Below are positions 20,475 to 30,331 of a DNA stretch of 56,675 nt, in pieces (within the stretch, counting starts at the first letter, position 1; each line of letters opens with the position of its first letter). A model generated the notes under the pieces. It made no database searches. It was given only the letters and a program-made list of their open reading frames with translations, and was not told the origin of the DNA. The translations under genes and the position numbers were made by a program. This DNA comes from Patescibacteria group bacterium (GTDB taxonomy: Bacteria > Patescibacteriota > Saccharimonadia > Saccharimonadales > Saccharimonadaceae): positions 1 through 56,675 of the forward strand of contig CAJYIP010000028.1 in assembly GCA_913775275.1 (NCBI GenBank). Reading direction: 5' to 3'.

Positions 20475-21020
20475 TTACTCTCGAGGTCGCAAGGCAAGAA
20501 CATGCTGCTGCATCCAGGTGTACATAGCGATACCTGCTGCAACGCCAACGTTGATCGAACGGGTTGAACCGAATTGTTCGATTTGCAAAACTTCGTCACT
20601 TGCTTTTAGTAGTTCATCCGAAATTCCTGCGCCTTCAGAACCAAACACCATGACGCTCGTTTTCGGCAGGGGCTGCGTAGAGAGATCTTTGGCACCGTCG
20701 ACGATATCCATAGCGATGACAGTTCTTTGCTCGGCTTTCATTGTCGCTATAAACTCCTCGACCGAAACGTGGTAAACGATATTCATATACACGTCGGTCA
20801 CCATCGCTCCCCGTTTGTTCCATTGACGCCGTCCGATGATATGGATAGTGTGAACATTAAAAGCGTTCGCCGTTCGGACAATTGTACCCATATTGAAATC
20901 ACGTTCCAAGTTTTCGATGGCAATATGTAGCTCAACGCGTGTTTTATCAAGCTCGGCCTTGATCGCGTCGACTGATTGGTTGCGATATGTATCGAGGACG
21001 TTACGAGTGTCTTCTGTCAT
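20475..21020 (-). CDS. TrmH/SpoU-family RNA methyltransferase
   Basis: NMGTIVRTA, FGSEGAG, SINVGVAAGI; start MTED at 21020. Confidence 0.9.
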   Translation of the reverse strand: MTEDTRNVLDTYRNQSVDAIKAELDKTRVELHIAIENLERDFNMGTIVRTANAFNVHTIHIIGRRQWNKRGAMVTDVYMNIVYHVSVEEFIATMKAEQRTVIAMDIVDGAKDLSTQPLPKTSVMVFGSEGAGISDELLKASDEVLQIEQFGSTRSINVGVAAGIAMYTWMQQHVLALRPRE

Positions 21021-21039
21021 GGTTGCTAGTATAGCGTAC

Positions 21040-23134
<2,095 letters not shown>

Positions 23135-23138
23135 TTTC

Positions 23139-23170
23139 AGTATAACATTGTTAAGTTACGTTATCGAATC
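23139..23170 (-). promoter_or_regulatory. Promoter of R-M leader with a GANTC site at the -35 position
   Basis: Minus strand TGtTATACT at 23147-23139; GAATC at 23166-23170. Confidence 0.6.
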
Positions 23171-23200
23171 AAAAAAACGACCCTTAAAGGATCGTCTTTT
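23171..23200 (-). terminator. Terminator after tRNA-Leu(CAG)
   Basis: ACGATCCTT/AAGGGTCGT imperfect hairpin followed by T-run on minus strand. Confidence 0.65.
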
Positions 23201-23202
23201 CT

Positions 23203-23289
23203 TGGTGCGGATGAGAGGACTTGAACCTCCACGTCATTGCTGACACTAGCACCTGAAGCTAGCGCGTCTACCAATTCCGCCACATCCGC
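23203..23289 (-). tRNA. tRNA-Leu (anticodon CAG)
   Basis: GCGGATGTGGCGGAATTGGTAGACGCGCTAGCTTCAGGTGCTAG...GGTTCAAGTCCTCTCATCCGCACCA; long variable arm, encoded CCA. Confidence 0.97.
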
Positions 23290-23352
23290 ATATCGTACGT
23301 TGTCGCTCAGCGCGTTACGCATATGTACGTTTTACGCAGCTGCCACATCCGT
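23290..23352 (-). repeat. Degenerate copy of tRNA-Leu(CAG) 5' half upstream of the gene
   Basis: CGGATGTGGCAG...GTAACGCGCT versus tRNA CGGATGTGGCGG...GTAGACGCGCT, offset 63 nt. Confidence 0.65.
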
Positions 23353-23395
23353 TATTGATGGTACTTGAAAAGTATATCAGATGCAGGGTGTGCTG

Positions 23396-24997
23396 TTAAG
23401 ACATTGCATCGGTCGTGTCGTAAGATGTCCTGAGGTGCGAAACGAGGCTTCGTACATCCGTCTTTTGTTTGACGCCGGGGTTGAGCGTTTTGAATGGGTC
23501 GAAAATATCACGGATATTTTGGTATAGCTCCACCTCTTCGTCGTCGAGCGTCGACCATCCCGACTGGGATTTGACACGCCCTTCAGCACCATCAACGACA
23601 ACCGCTCCATTACATCGAGCTATACCTGTCGCAAATTCGTTCATTAAACGGAATATTTTCTGCTTGTCACTGACAGTATGGAGTTTAACATCAGGATAAT
23701 ATGAAACGATACCGGTCACAAGATTTGTGATAGCTGGTAATGATACGTGCTGCTTCTCTGATAATTCAGCAATAATACCGGCGAACTCTTCGCAACGTTC
23801 ACGAGGGACAAATGCGCCATCTAATATCGGCAGAGTAACGCCATCATCTTCCGCCGTTCGAGTGAGCACGTTTTCAATGTCGAATAGTTGCTTGAATTCA
23901 TTATCGTTATGGTCAGTCGAATCGATCAGCGGTAGATTCATTTTTTCAATCAGTTTACGTACTTTTTTGAGCTTGTGTTGCTGAGCACGATCATTAAGGT
24001 CGTTAAACGATATGAGAATAATCGTGCCACCAAGTTGCTGATCTCCAATTAACGGAAGTACCTTACCATATAGCGACACTCGGTTTAATAATTCGCCATC
24101 TATCGCGATAAGTCTTGAAGGTTCCAGCTCTCTTAAACGATCACCGAGATCTCTGGCCATTTCTGATGTTTCAGCAACGATTAACCCGTATGTCTGATTG
24201 GCACTATAAAAACTCGTCTTTAACACAGCTTCACTAATGATCCCCAATGTCCCCTGGCTGCCTATGAAAAGTGGCGTTAAATCGATCGAGCCATCTTTTT
24301 GCCTGATTGACCCAATTGATTTGTAGCCAAGAGAATCAATCGTGTCATCGACGGCTAAACGATCTACTAGTGCTTCATGATCTTCGATCAGCCCTGATAG
24401 CTTACGGTAGATTTCCCCTTCGAATGTTTGAAGGCCCAATTTTTTGTTGACTTCACGTCGATCAATGCGGCCTGTTTCAATAATATCGCCGTTCGCGAGC
24501 ACCACCTCCATCTTGTCGATCGCAGCTGCAAGCGGACCAATTGAACCTACCACGTGTGCACTAATGGCGCCACCAACTGTCATGTGAGTATCACGAGGCA
24601 CAGAAGGGAGGGTCAGGCCTTGCCAGCGAAGCGCTTCAAGAATCTTTTCATACGAAGCACCGGCTTGAACATGGACAAGTCGTTCCTTCGACGCGACAGT
24701 CACGACATCATTCAAATATGCCGTCATATCAATCGCGATTCCCTTGCCGATCGCTCCACCTGATGTATCATTTCCAAAGCCGCGAGGAGTCATACTGAGA
24801 ACATGACCTTTCTCGGCCAACTGCCATGTAAATCGGGCGACTTTACGAATATCACTCGTCACCCTTGGAAAGACGACGATCTCTGGAGTAATTGTTAGAA
24901 TACTGCCATCGCGACTATATCGTTTTCGGACACTTTTTGCACTCGATGCTTCGCCCAATAAATGCTGATTCAGATAGGTCGCAATTTTATTCATCAT
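23396..24997 (-). CDS. FAD-binding oxidoreductase, GlcD/D-lactate dehydrogenase-like
   Basis: PEIVVFP, PRGFGNDTSGGA, TVGGAI, FIGSQGTLGIISE, FDPFKTLNPG. Confidence 0.88.
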   Translation of the reverse strand: MMNKIATYLNQHLLGEASSAKSVRKRYSRDGSILTITPEIVVFPRVTSDIRKVARFTWQLAEKGHVLSMTPRGFGNDTSGGAIGKGIAIDMTAYLNDVVTVASKERLVHVQAGASYEKILEALRWQGLTLPSVPRDTHMTVGGAISAHVVGSIGPLAAAIDKMEVVLANGDIIETGRIDRREVNKKLGLQTFEGEIYRKLSGLIEDHEALVDRLAVDDTIDSLGYKSIGSIRQKDGSIDLTPLFIGSQGTLGIISEAVLKTSFYSANQTYGLIVAETSEMARDLGDRLRELEPSRLIAIDGELLNRVSLYGKVLPLIGDQQLGGTIILISFNDLNDRAQQHKLKKVRKLIEKMNLPLIDSTDHNDNEFKQLFDIENVLTRTAEDDGVTLPILDGAFVPRERCEEFAGIIAELSEKQHVSLPAITNLVTGIVSYYPDVKLHTVSDKQKIFRLMNEFATGIARCNGAVVVDGAEGRVKSQSGWSTLDDEEVELYQNIRDIFDPFKTLNPGVKQKTDVRSLVSHLRTSYDTTDAMS

Positions 24998-25117
24998 ATC
25001 CCCGTAATTTCTAGAGCTTTACCTCTATCATAGCACAAGCATTTATCGATCAACCGTCTCTTTTCACGGTCAGCTAAATTTGCTACAATGCATGAGTACC
25101 AAACAGTTCAGCCTCAT

Positions 25118-25177
25118 GCGGATGTGATGGCTACGTGAACGAAAATCGTTCGTAGACACGCTCGTGTGACACATTAT
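25118..25177 (+). repeat. Degenerate copy of tRNA-Leu(TAG) 5' half with a hairpin in place of the D-loop
   Basis: GCGGATGTGATGG-[CTACGTGAACGAAAATCGTTC]-GTAGACACGC versus tRNA GCGGATGTGGTGG-AATTG-GTAGACACGC, offset 60 nt. Confidence 0.75.
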
Positions 25178-25262
25178 GCGGATGTGGTGGAATTGGTAGA
25201 CACGCATGCCTTAGGAGCATGTGCCGTGAGGCGTGAAGGTTCAAGTCCTTTCATCCGCACCA
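25178..25262 (+). tRNA. tRNA-Leu (anticodon TAG)
   Basis: GCGGATGTGGTGGAATTGGTAGACACGCATGCCTTAGGAGCATG...GGTTCAAGTCCTTTCATCCGCACCA. Confidence 0.97.
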
Positions 25263-25301
25263 AGCGATAACGATTACCGTTATCAAGAACTGATCTAACA
25301 G

Positions 25302-25337
25302 AGGTCGCCATGTACCGATGGCGGCCTTTCGCTTTAT
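25302..25337 (+). terminator. Terminator-like hairpin after tRNA-Leu(TAG)
   Basis: AGGTCGCCAT-GTACCG-ATGGCGGCCT followed by TTCGCTTTATT. Confidence 0.65.
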
Positions 25338-25524
25338 TCAAACATCCCGGTCGAGATGAGCAGTTTGCACACTCGACCACTGTTAACGGCTTTCAAGTCT
25401 CTTGAGGTATTTGTGTATCGGTACACGATTTCAATATCTCTGCCTTCAGGGTTGAAGCGTACCGATTTTCTAATTCTGCATCGCCTTGACTCCCAAAAGA
25501 CTAGTGTCATAATAGCAATATACG

Positions 25525-27075
25525 ATGAGAAATTTTTATCTGAAAGAGTTACATTTCGGAGGCTATCGAAAGTTCAAGTTCGAGCCACAAATTTTCAAGC
25601 CCTCAACACCTGATTATATAACGCCAGGAAGCGGACTCAATATCATTGTTGGCTCCATCGGCTCAGGAAAGACATCCCTTATGGAGATCATTGGACTCGT
25701 ACATGGTCAAGGAATGTTCGACCGTGACCGACTAGCGATTAACGACTCGGAGGCCGGGAGACTCCCTACTGTTAAGGCCGTTCACGTATCGCCAGGGCAC
25801 GAGGACACACCCGAAGTTCAATACGAACAGCGCATAGAGTTCAACTGGAATGGGCGAAAGGTGCAAGAATCCTACGCCAATGATTTTGCACACCTAAGTC
25901 AAGAGGATCAGCCTAGCGGATCGTCCATGAAGTACATCCGAGCAAATCGCAGTTTCACAGGCCAATCATCCGACTCTTATAGCAATACAATCTTAGAAGC
26001 CATTGACATTGAATCACGAACCGAGACTATCAATTTAGCAGCCGTCGCACAGGCCATCGTCAACGGGTCCGGGCCGGGAGGGCCAAGTATCGACGCCTTC
26101 CGCAACAAGCTTCAGTCATTTAGTCACATCGGATTAGAAATCGAAGACGTGCGTATTACCGAGCCCCACAGAAGTGGACAGCCTATTAGAGACTTCGAAG
26201 CAAAGGTAGTTAATGGAGAATGGCACAACGTCCAGGATCTTTCTGATGGCACAAAGGAACTTCTCTGCTGGATATACGAACTTAACTTTGGCGAATTATC
26301 CAATTGCCGAACAGTCTGCATTGACGAAATCGAGAGATCACTCCATCCGCAGATACAAGTGGCGCTCATGGAGGTGATTCGAGATCGATCTACCCACCAA
26401 CAGTTCTTCATAACGACACACTCACTGCATGTTGCAGACCCTCATACCGCCGCAAGTATACATCGCATTACCAGCGATGGTCAGTTATGTAGCGTTCCGT
26501 CAGAGGATTTTCCTCCTCTTTCAATCTTCTCCATTGATCATCGTCGAGCATTTTTTACCGATGAGGTTCTTTTCGTCGAAGGGGTAGACGACCAAAGTTT
26601 TTATATTGAGAAGCTCGTTGATTATGGATACAAGGATCTTGTTACCAAGGTATTCACTCTTGGAGGCAAGGGAAATACCGAACGGTTTGAAAAAATTATG
26701 CGTGATCTAAACATAAAGTTCAGCGCCATTGTCGATGATGACTTCTCCGACAGAATAGGGAGACTTAACAGTGATAAACGCAGATTCCTTGAAAAAACCC
26801 TCAAAGAACTAGATAACCTAGGCAAATTAAGTGGCCAAGTCGATATTGAAGGACTGGATGCCAATCTGGCTTCTCCTAACACTGTTCCACGAGCACGCAA
26901 CGCTTCAAACGTATCTGGAAGACATTTTCGAAAGGTCGTAGACAAGAACATATATCCACTCAAGTTTGGCCGACTCGAAGAGTACAAGAGTGGAATAGAT
27001 CGCCTAGGGCAAGATGTGCGTACGGAGCAGGAAGCTGAGTTGCGGGATATTTTTGCCGCAATCAAGGATGCGTAA
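25525..27075 (+). CDS. OLD-family ATP-dependent nuclease (ABC ATPase + TOPRIM)
   Basis: Walker A GSIGSGKTS, signature LSDG, Walker B CIDEIERSLHP, ITTHS, TOPRIM FVEGVDD, GGK, IVDDD. Confidence 0.85.
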   Translation: MRNFYLKELHFGGYRKFKFEPQIFKPSTPDYITPGSGLNIIVGSIGSGKTSLMEIIGLVHGQGMFDRDRLAINDSEAGRLPTVKAVHVSPGHEDTPEVQYEQRIEFNWNGRKVQESYANDFAHLSQEDQPSGSSMKYIRANRSFTGQSSDSYSNTILEAIDIESRTETINLAAVAQAIVNGSGPGGPSIDAFRNKLQSFSHIGLEIEDVRITEPHRSGQPIRDFEAKVVNGEWHNVQDLSDGTKELLCWIYELNFGELSNCRTVCIDEIERSLHPQIQVALMEVIRDRSTHQQFFITTHSLHVADPHTAASIHRITSDGQLCSVPSEDFPPLSIFSIDHRRAFFTDEVLFVEGVDDQSFYIEKLVDYGYKDLVTKVFTLGGKGNTERFEKIMRDLNIKFSAIVDDDFSDRIGRLNSDKRRFLEKTLKELDNLGKLSGQVDIEGLDANLASPNTVPRARNASNVSGRHFRKVVDKNIYPLKFGRLEEYKSGIDRLGQDVRTEQEAELRDIFAAIKDA

Positions 27076-27129
27076 GTATTTGGCATCTCTTGACCCAATT
27101 TACTGAATGCCTCATAGTGAACCGTCCCC

Positions 27130-27556
27130 ATGGCGAGACTGACGGACATCACCTACCTGGCGACACATCAAGAGCTTCGTTCCGTGTGGCTCGAGGATCC
27201 GGCTCGATTCGCCATCTTGAGTGCCGGCGAGCAATGGGCACTTCACGGCTACTTCGCTCCGGGAGCACAACCTCTCTGACGACCAACTCCTCACCTATCG
27301 CCGCGAGGTCTCGAAAGTGGATCGATCGCTCCCAAAGCGCGCCGGCAAAGCGCTGACGAAGTGGCGCATGAAGGAAGCGCCCTTAACCGCGTATCGGGAA
27401 CGCTCGCTCGGTCCCGCACTTGGCACGAAGCGCAGCAGAGACTACGCCGTAACAGTATTCTCGCTCGTGCACCCGGAGATTGATCCACGGAAGATCACGC
27501 GCGCCGCGATGGCCGCGTTCGAAGACTATAGAGCAGCCCACCAACGAAAACGTTGA
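27130..27556 (+). pseudogene. Frameshifted GC-rich hypothetical gene, actinobacteria-like
   Basis: ATG 27130 MARLTDITYL...WALHGYFAP stops at 27279; the 27221..27556 frame continues EHNLSDDQLL...SLPKRAGKA; shift near 27260. Confidence 0.6.
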
Positions 27557-27558
27557 GG

Positions 27559-27798
27559 CTAATGACGAAAGAATACGTGGCCAAGAAGGCCGATAATCCA
27601 GCCTTTAAGCCGCCAAACCATCACCAGGCTGCCCGCAAGCATTAGGCCGCCAACAATCCAGTTGCCGCTCGTAAAGATATGGAACGAGCTACCTACGTTC
27701 GACAAGACCGCTGAAGCAAAGGCATCCTTAAGAGACCCCAGCACATCAAAGAAGCCTGGTACAGCATTGAGAATGTCTTTAATCGTAAACAACTCCAT
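27559..27798 (-). CDS. Small hydrophobic membrane protein
   Basis: 79 aa, ATG start, hydrophobic C-terminal half. Confidence 0.55.
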   Translation of the reverse strand: MELFTIKDILNAVPGFFDVLGSLKDAFASAVLSNVGSSFHIFTSGNWIVGGLMLAGSLVMVWRLKGWIIGLLGHVFFRH

Positions 27799-27860
27799 AT
27801 TGCATCTATTATATCGCTATTGCCTTTTATTCAGCAAAAGTTCATAATTCGCGACAAGAT

Positions 27861-28454
27861 ATGGCGAAGAAGTGGAATGACTACACCCGGCGAGAGAAAG
27901 CAATCGGCATCCTAGGTGCTGTCTTTGGGGTGTTCGTTATCGGTAGCATTGCTAATGGTATGAGCAACCCATCGCCTACCACTTCAACACCCGCAACTGA
28001 GCAAATGAAATCGCAGCCTGTCACAACCTACAAGGATGTAGCCGAGACAGCTGCTATACCTTTCGAGAAGACAACCGCAGAAAGTAGCCTCTATGACAAG
28101 GGTACGACGCAGGTCACTACGCCTGGTGTCGACGGAGAGAAGACACTCACATACAAGGTCACCTACGTTGATGGTGTCGAGACGGCTCGAGAGCTTCTTA
28201 AAGAAGAGATTTCTAAGGCGCCCGTTTCCGAAGTGACAAGCGTCGGCACTTACGTTAAGCCTGTCGCTCCTAAGAAGCAGGTCTCATCTAACTGTGATCC
28301 AAACTACTCTGGTGCCTGCGTGCCGATCGCTAGTGACGTCGACTGCGCAGGTGGTAGCGGGAATGGCCCAGCTTACGTCAGTGGTCCTGTTAGGGTGATC
28401 GGAATCGACATCTACGACCTTGATCGTGATGGCAACGGCCTTGGCTGCGAATAG
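27861..28454 (+). CDS. Membrane-anchored G5-domain protein with C-terminal Cys-rich Excalibur-like Ca-binding motif (copy 1)
   Basis: N-terminal TM; G5 (IPFEK...GVDGEK...VGT); CDPNYSGACVP...DLDRDGNGLGCE. Confidence 0.85.
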   Translation: MAKKWNDYTRREKAIGILGAVFGVFVIGSIANGMSNPSPTTSTPATEQMKSQPVTTYKDVAETAAIPFEKTTAESSLYDKGTTQVTTPGVDGEKTLTYKVTYVDGVETARELLKEEISKAPVSEVTSVGTYVKPVAPKKQVSSNCDPNYSGACVPIASDVDCAGGSGNGPAYVSGPVRVIGIDIYDLDRDGNGLGCE

Positions 28455-28457
28455 CCT

Positions 28458-28874
28458 CTATTGGGCGATACCCCGAGCGCGAAGCTCGGCAGTAATGGTC
28501 CGGGCGTCGTAGCCAACAGCGATCGCGATCTTTCGGAACGATACGCCTTCGGCATACAGCTTCGCCGCACGAGCCAACGCATGTTCGCTCAGTCCTTTTG
28601 GTCTCGTCGGCACCCCCGCCCGCTTCCGTACATTCTGAATCGTCCACTCCGTTACACCGAAGTCTCGAGCGATGTCGACAGGACGATCGCCAGCTTGGTA
28701 GCGGCGAAGGATCTCGTCGCACTGGGCGGGATTGAGTTTGGTGAACGACGTGCGAGCCGTCCGGCCATCAACAGTGGTGCGCTCGACTCGCTCGGAAGCC
28801 GCTCGCTGACAGAGGTCGCGGATTCGCTCTACCTCTGTTCGAGAATTCAAGTAGCGTCCTAGCAGGCGCACCAA
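28458..28874 (-). CDS. Tandem helix-turn-helix protein at island boundary
   Basis: RYQAGDRPVDIARDFGVTEWTI and LYAEGVSFRKIAIAVGYDARTI; GC-rich; start lies inside the tRNA-like end. Confidence 0.75.
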   Translation of the reverse strand: MVRLLGRYLNSRTEVERIRDLCQRAASERVERTTVDGRTARTSFTKLNPAQCDEILRRYQAGDRPVDIARDFGVTEWTIQNVRKRAGVPTRPKGLSEHALARAAKLYAEGVSFRKIAIAVGYDARTITAELRARGIAQ

Positions 28875-28881
28875 AATTATG

Positions 28882-28917
28882 AAATTGCCATCTCACGATG
28901 GTAATTTTTATTTTTTT
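28882..28917 (+). terminator. Intrinsic terminator, probably the displaced original tRNA-Leu terminator
   Basis: AAATTGCCATC-TCAC-GATGGTAATTT then long T-run, 7 nt after CGCACCAA, no plus-strand gene ending there. Confidence 0.7.
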
Positions 28918-28980
28918 CACTATGCTCAAAACATCCTATTGCCATTACCTCATGGCGAGTCCATAATTCATCTAAACGAT

Positions 28981-29565
28981 ATGGCAAAGAAATGGAATGA
29001 TTACACTCGGCGTGAAAAAATGATCGGTGTATTTGGTGCTATCTTTGGCGTATTTGTCATCAGCAGTATGGCAAACGGCGCAAACGTCCCAGCGCCTTCA
29101 CAAACGAAGCCTGCAACAGTTCAGACCCAACCTCAAACGTCGACAAAAGAAGTTTCAGAGTCTGTGACAATTCCCTTTGATACATCGACCGTTGAAAGTA
29201 GTCAATACGACAAGGGTTCGTTAAAAGTAACGACGATGGGCATCAACGGAGAGAAAATCGTTACCTACAAAGTGACGTTCAATAACGGGGTTGAGTCATC
29301 TCGTGAAACCATCAAAGAAGAGGTCACAAAAGCTCCTGTTTCAGAAATAACTACTCTTGGTACTTACGTAAAACCTACCGCACCAGAGAAACAAGCTTCT
29401 ACCTGTGACCCTAATTATTCAAACGCATGCGTCCCTATTGCAAGTGATGTGGACTGTGCCGGTGGCAAAGGCAACGGTCCAGCCTACGTTCGAGGCCCTG
29501 TTTACGTTATCGGAAAAGATATATACGGACTTGATGGTAATAGCGATGGTGTTGGCTGCGAATAG
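28981..29565 (+). CDS. G5/Excalibur-like surface protein (copy 2)
   Basis: Start MAKKWNDYTRREK at 28981 identical to copy 1; same domain order. Confidence 0.85.
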   Translation: MAKKWNDYTRREKMIGVFGAIFGVFVISSMANGANVPAPSQTKPATVQTQPQTSTKEVSESVTIPFDTSTVESSQYDKGSLKVTTMGINGEKIVTYKVTFNNGVESSRETIKEEVTKAPVSEITTLGTYVKPTAPEKQASTCDPNYSNACVPIASDVDCAGGKGNGPAYVRGPVYVIGKDIYGLDGNSDGVGCE

Positions 29566-29713
29566 CGCTCACGCTTGCATAAAATATCCTTGTCCTTCAT
29601 AACTGAATTATTCACCCTATTATACAGGGTGCGGTGATGCCCGCTCGCTTTATGAGCCGGCCTCCCTGCACCGTGCAGGCAGCGAGGTATTTTACACGCT
29701 GATAAAAGAGGGA

Positions 29714-30265
29714 GTGAAGCACATGCCATTCAGTCTTGTACCTGTCGAGGCGTATCGAGTCGACATCTCCGGCGTGGAAGATGTTCAGCGCGAACGTCTG
29801 AGCGTGACGTTCGAGGACGGAACTGTTCTGCTGTTCGGTCTGATGACGAGGGGTCCAATCGGAGAGTATTCTCCGCGGCTGGTGCTTGACTATGCAGCCA
29901 ACCGCGCCGGAAAAGAGCTCCAGAAGAAGTTGGTGCGACGTTTCTACGACGAATACGTCAAGCCGACACTCGGACTGCTGTCGTGGCTCCGTGGCGAGAA
30001 GTCTCCTTACCGTGGCTGGTCTTGGGAGAAACTACACGACCGCGTCGAAGTGACGTTCAAGATGGGTCGCGATGGCGGCGGTGGCCCGTGGTATGCCGGT
30101 CACCTTCAAGTCGGTCAGGCTCTCGAACTGCAATTCGGTACCAGGACAAGCGATAAATTGCGACACGACCTGTACAACCTTGGAGTCGTCAAAGAAATTG
30201 GCACCTTTGTGATTCCGCCCGAACCTGTGCGTTCACCACACAAACTCGTGGCATCCACCTCGTAG
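29714..30265 (+). CDS. Hypothetical protein, GC-richer than backbone
   Basis: 183-aa ORF, AGAGGGAG RBS-like upstream, long hairpin downstream. Confidence 0.6.
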   Translation: MKHMPFSLVPVEAYRVDISGVEDVQRERLSVTFEDGTVLLFGLMTRGPIGEYSPRLVLDYAANRAGKELQKKLVRRFYDEYVKPTLGLLSWLRGEKSPYRGWSWEKLHDRVEVTFKMGRDGGGGPWYAGHLQVGQALELQFGTRTSDKLRHDLYNLGVVKEIGTFVIPPEPVRSPHKLVASTS

Positions 30266-30266
30266 C

Positions 30267-30331
30267 CCGCAGTCGCAAACGGAGTGAGTTCTTCGAGAAC
30301 TCCTCCGCTTGCGATCTGCGGACTCTTTTTT
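30267..30331 (+). terminator. Long imperfect hairpin / terminator between convergent genes
   Basis: CCGCAG TCGCAA ACGGAG TGAGTTCT-TCG-AGAACTC CTCCG CTTGCGA TCTGCGG then TCTTTTTT. Confidence 0.65.

Larger units (their letters stand above)
25256..28874. mobile_element. Degenerate integrative island in the 3' end of tRNA-Leu(TAG), no integrase visible
   Basis: CGCACCAA at both ends (25256-63, 28867-74), each preceded by TTCAAGT..CCT; orphan terminator right after the distal copy; GC-rich segments and defence cargo inside. Confidence 0.65.

Noticed and set aside
25174-25380. 68-aa minus-strand ORF running through tRNA-Leu(TAG)
   Set aside because: Largely antisense tRNA; could be the tail remnant of a lost recombinase but no catalytic motif supports that
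28879-28980. N-terminal extension of the second G5 ORF given by the track
   Set aside because: Runs through a terminator; the paralog shows the start is 28981
29630-29710. GGTGATG start resembling a fluoride riboswitch
   Set aside because: Remaining consensus and pseudoknot absent; downstream gene is not a fluoride exporter
30267-30321. Bulged hairpin as an integron attC site
   Set aside because: No RYYYAAC/GTTRRRY ends and no integron integrase in the window
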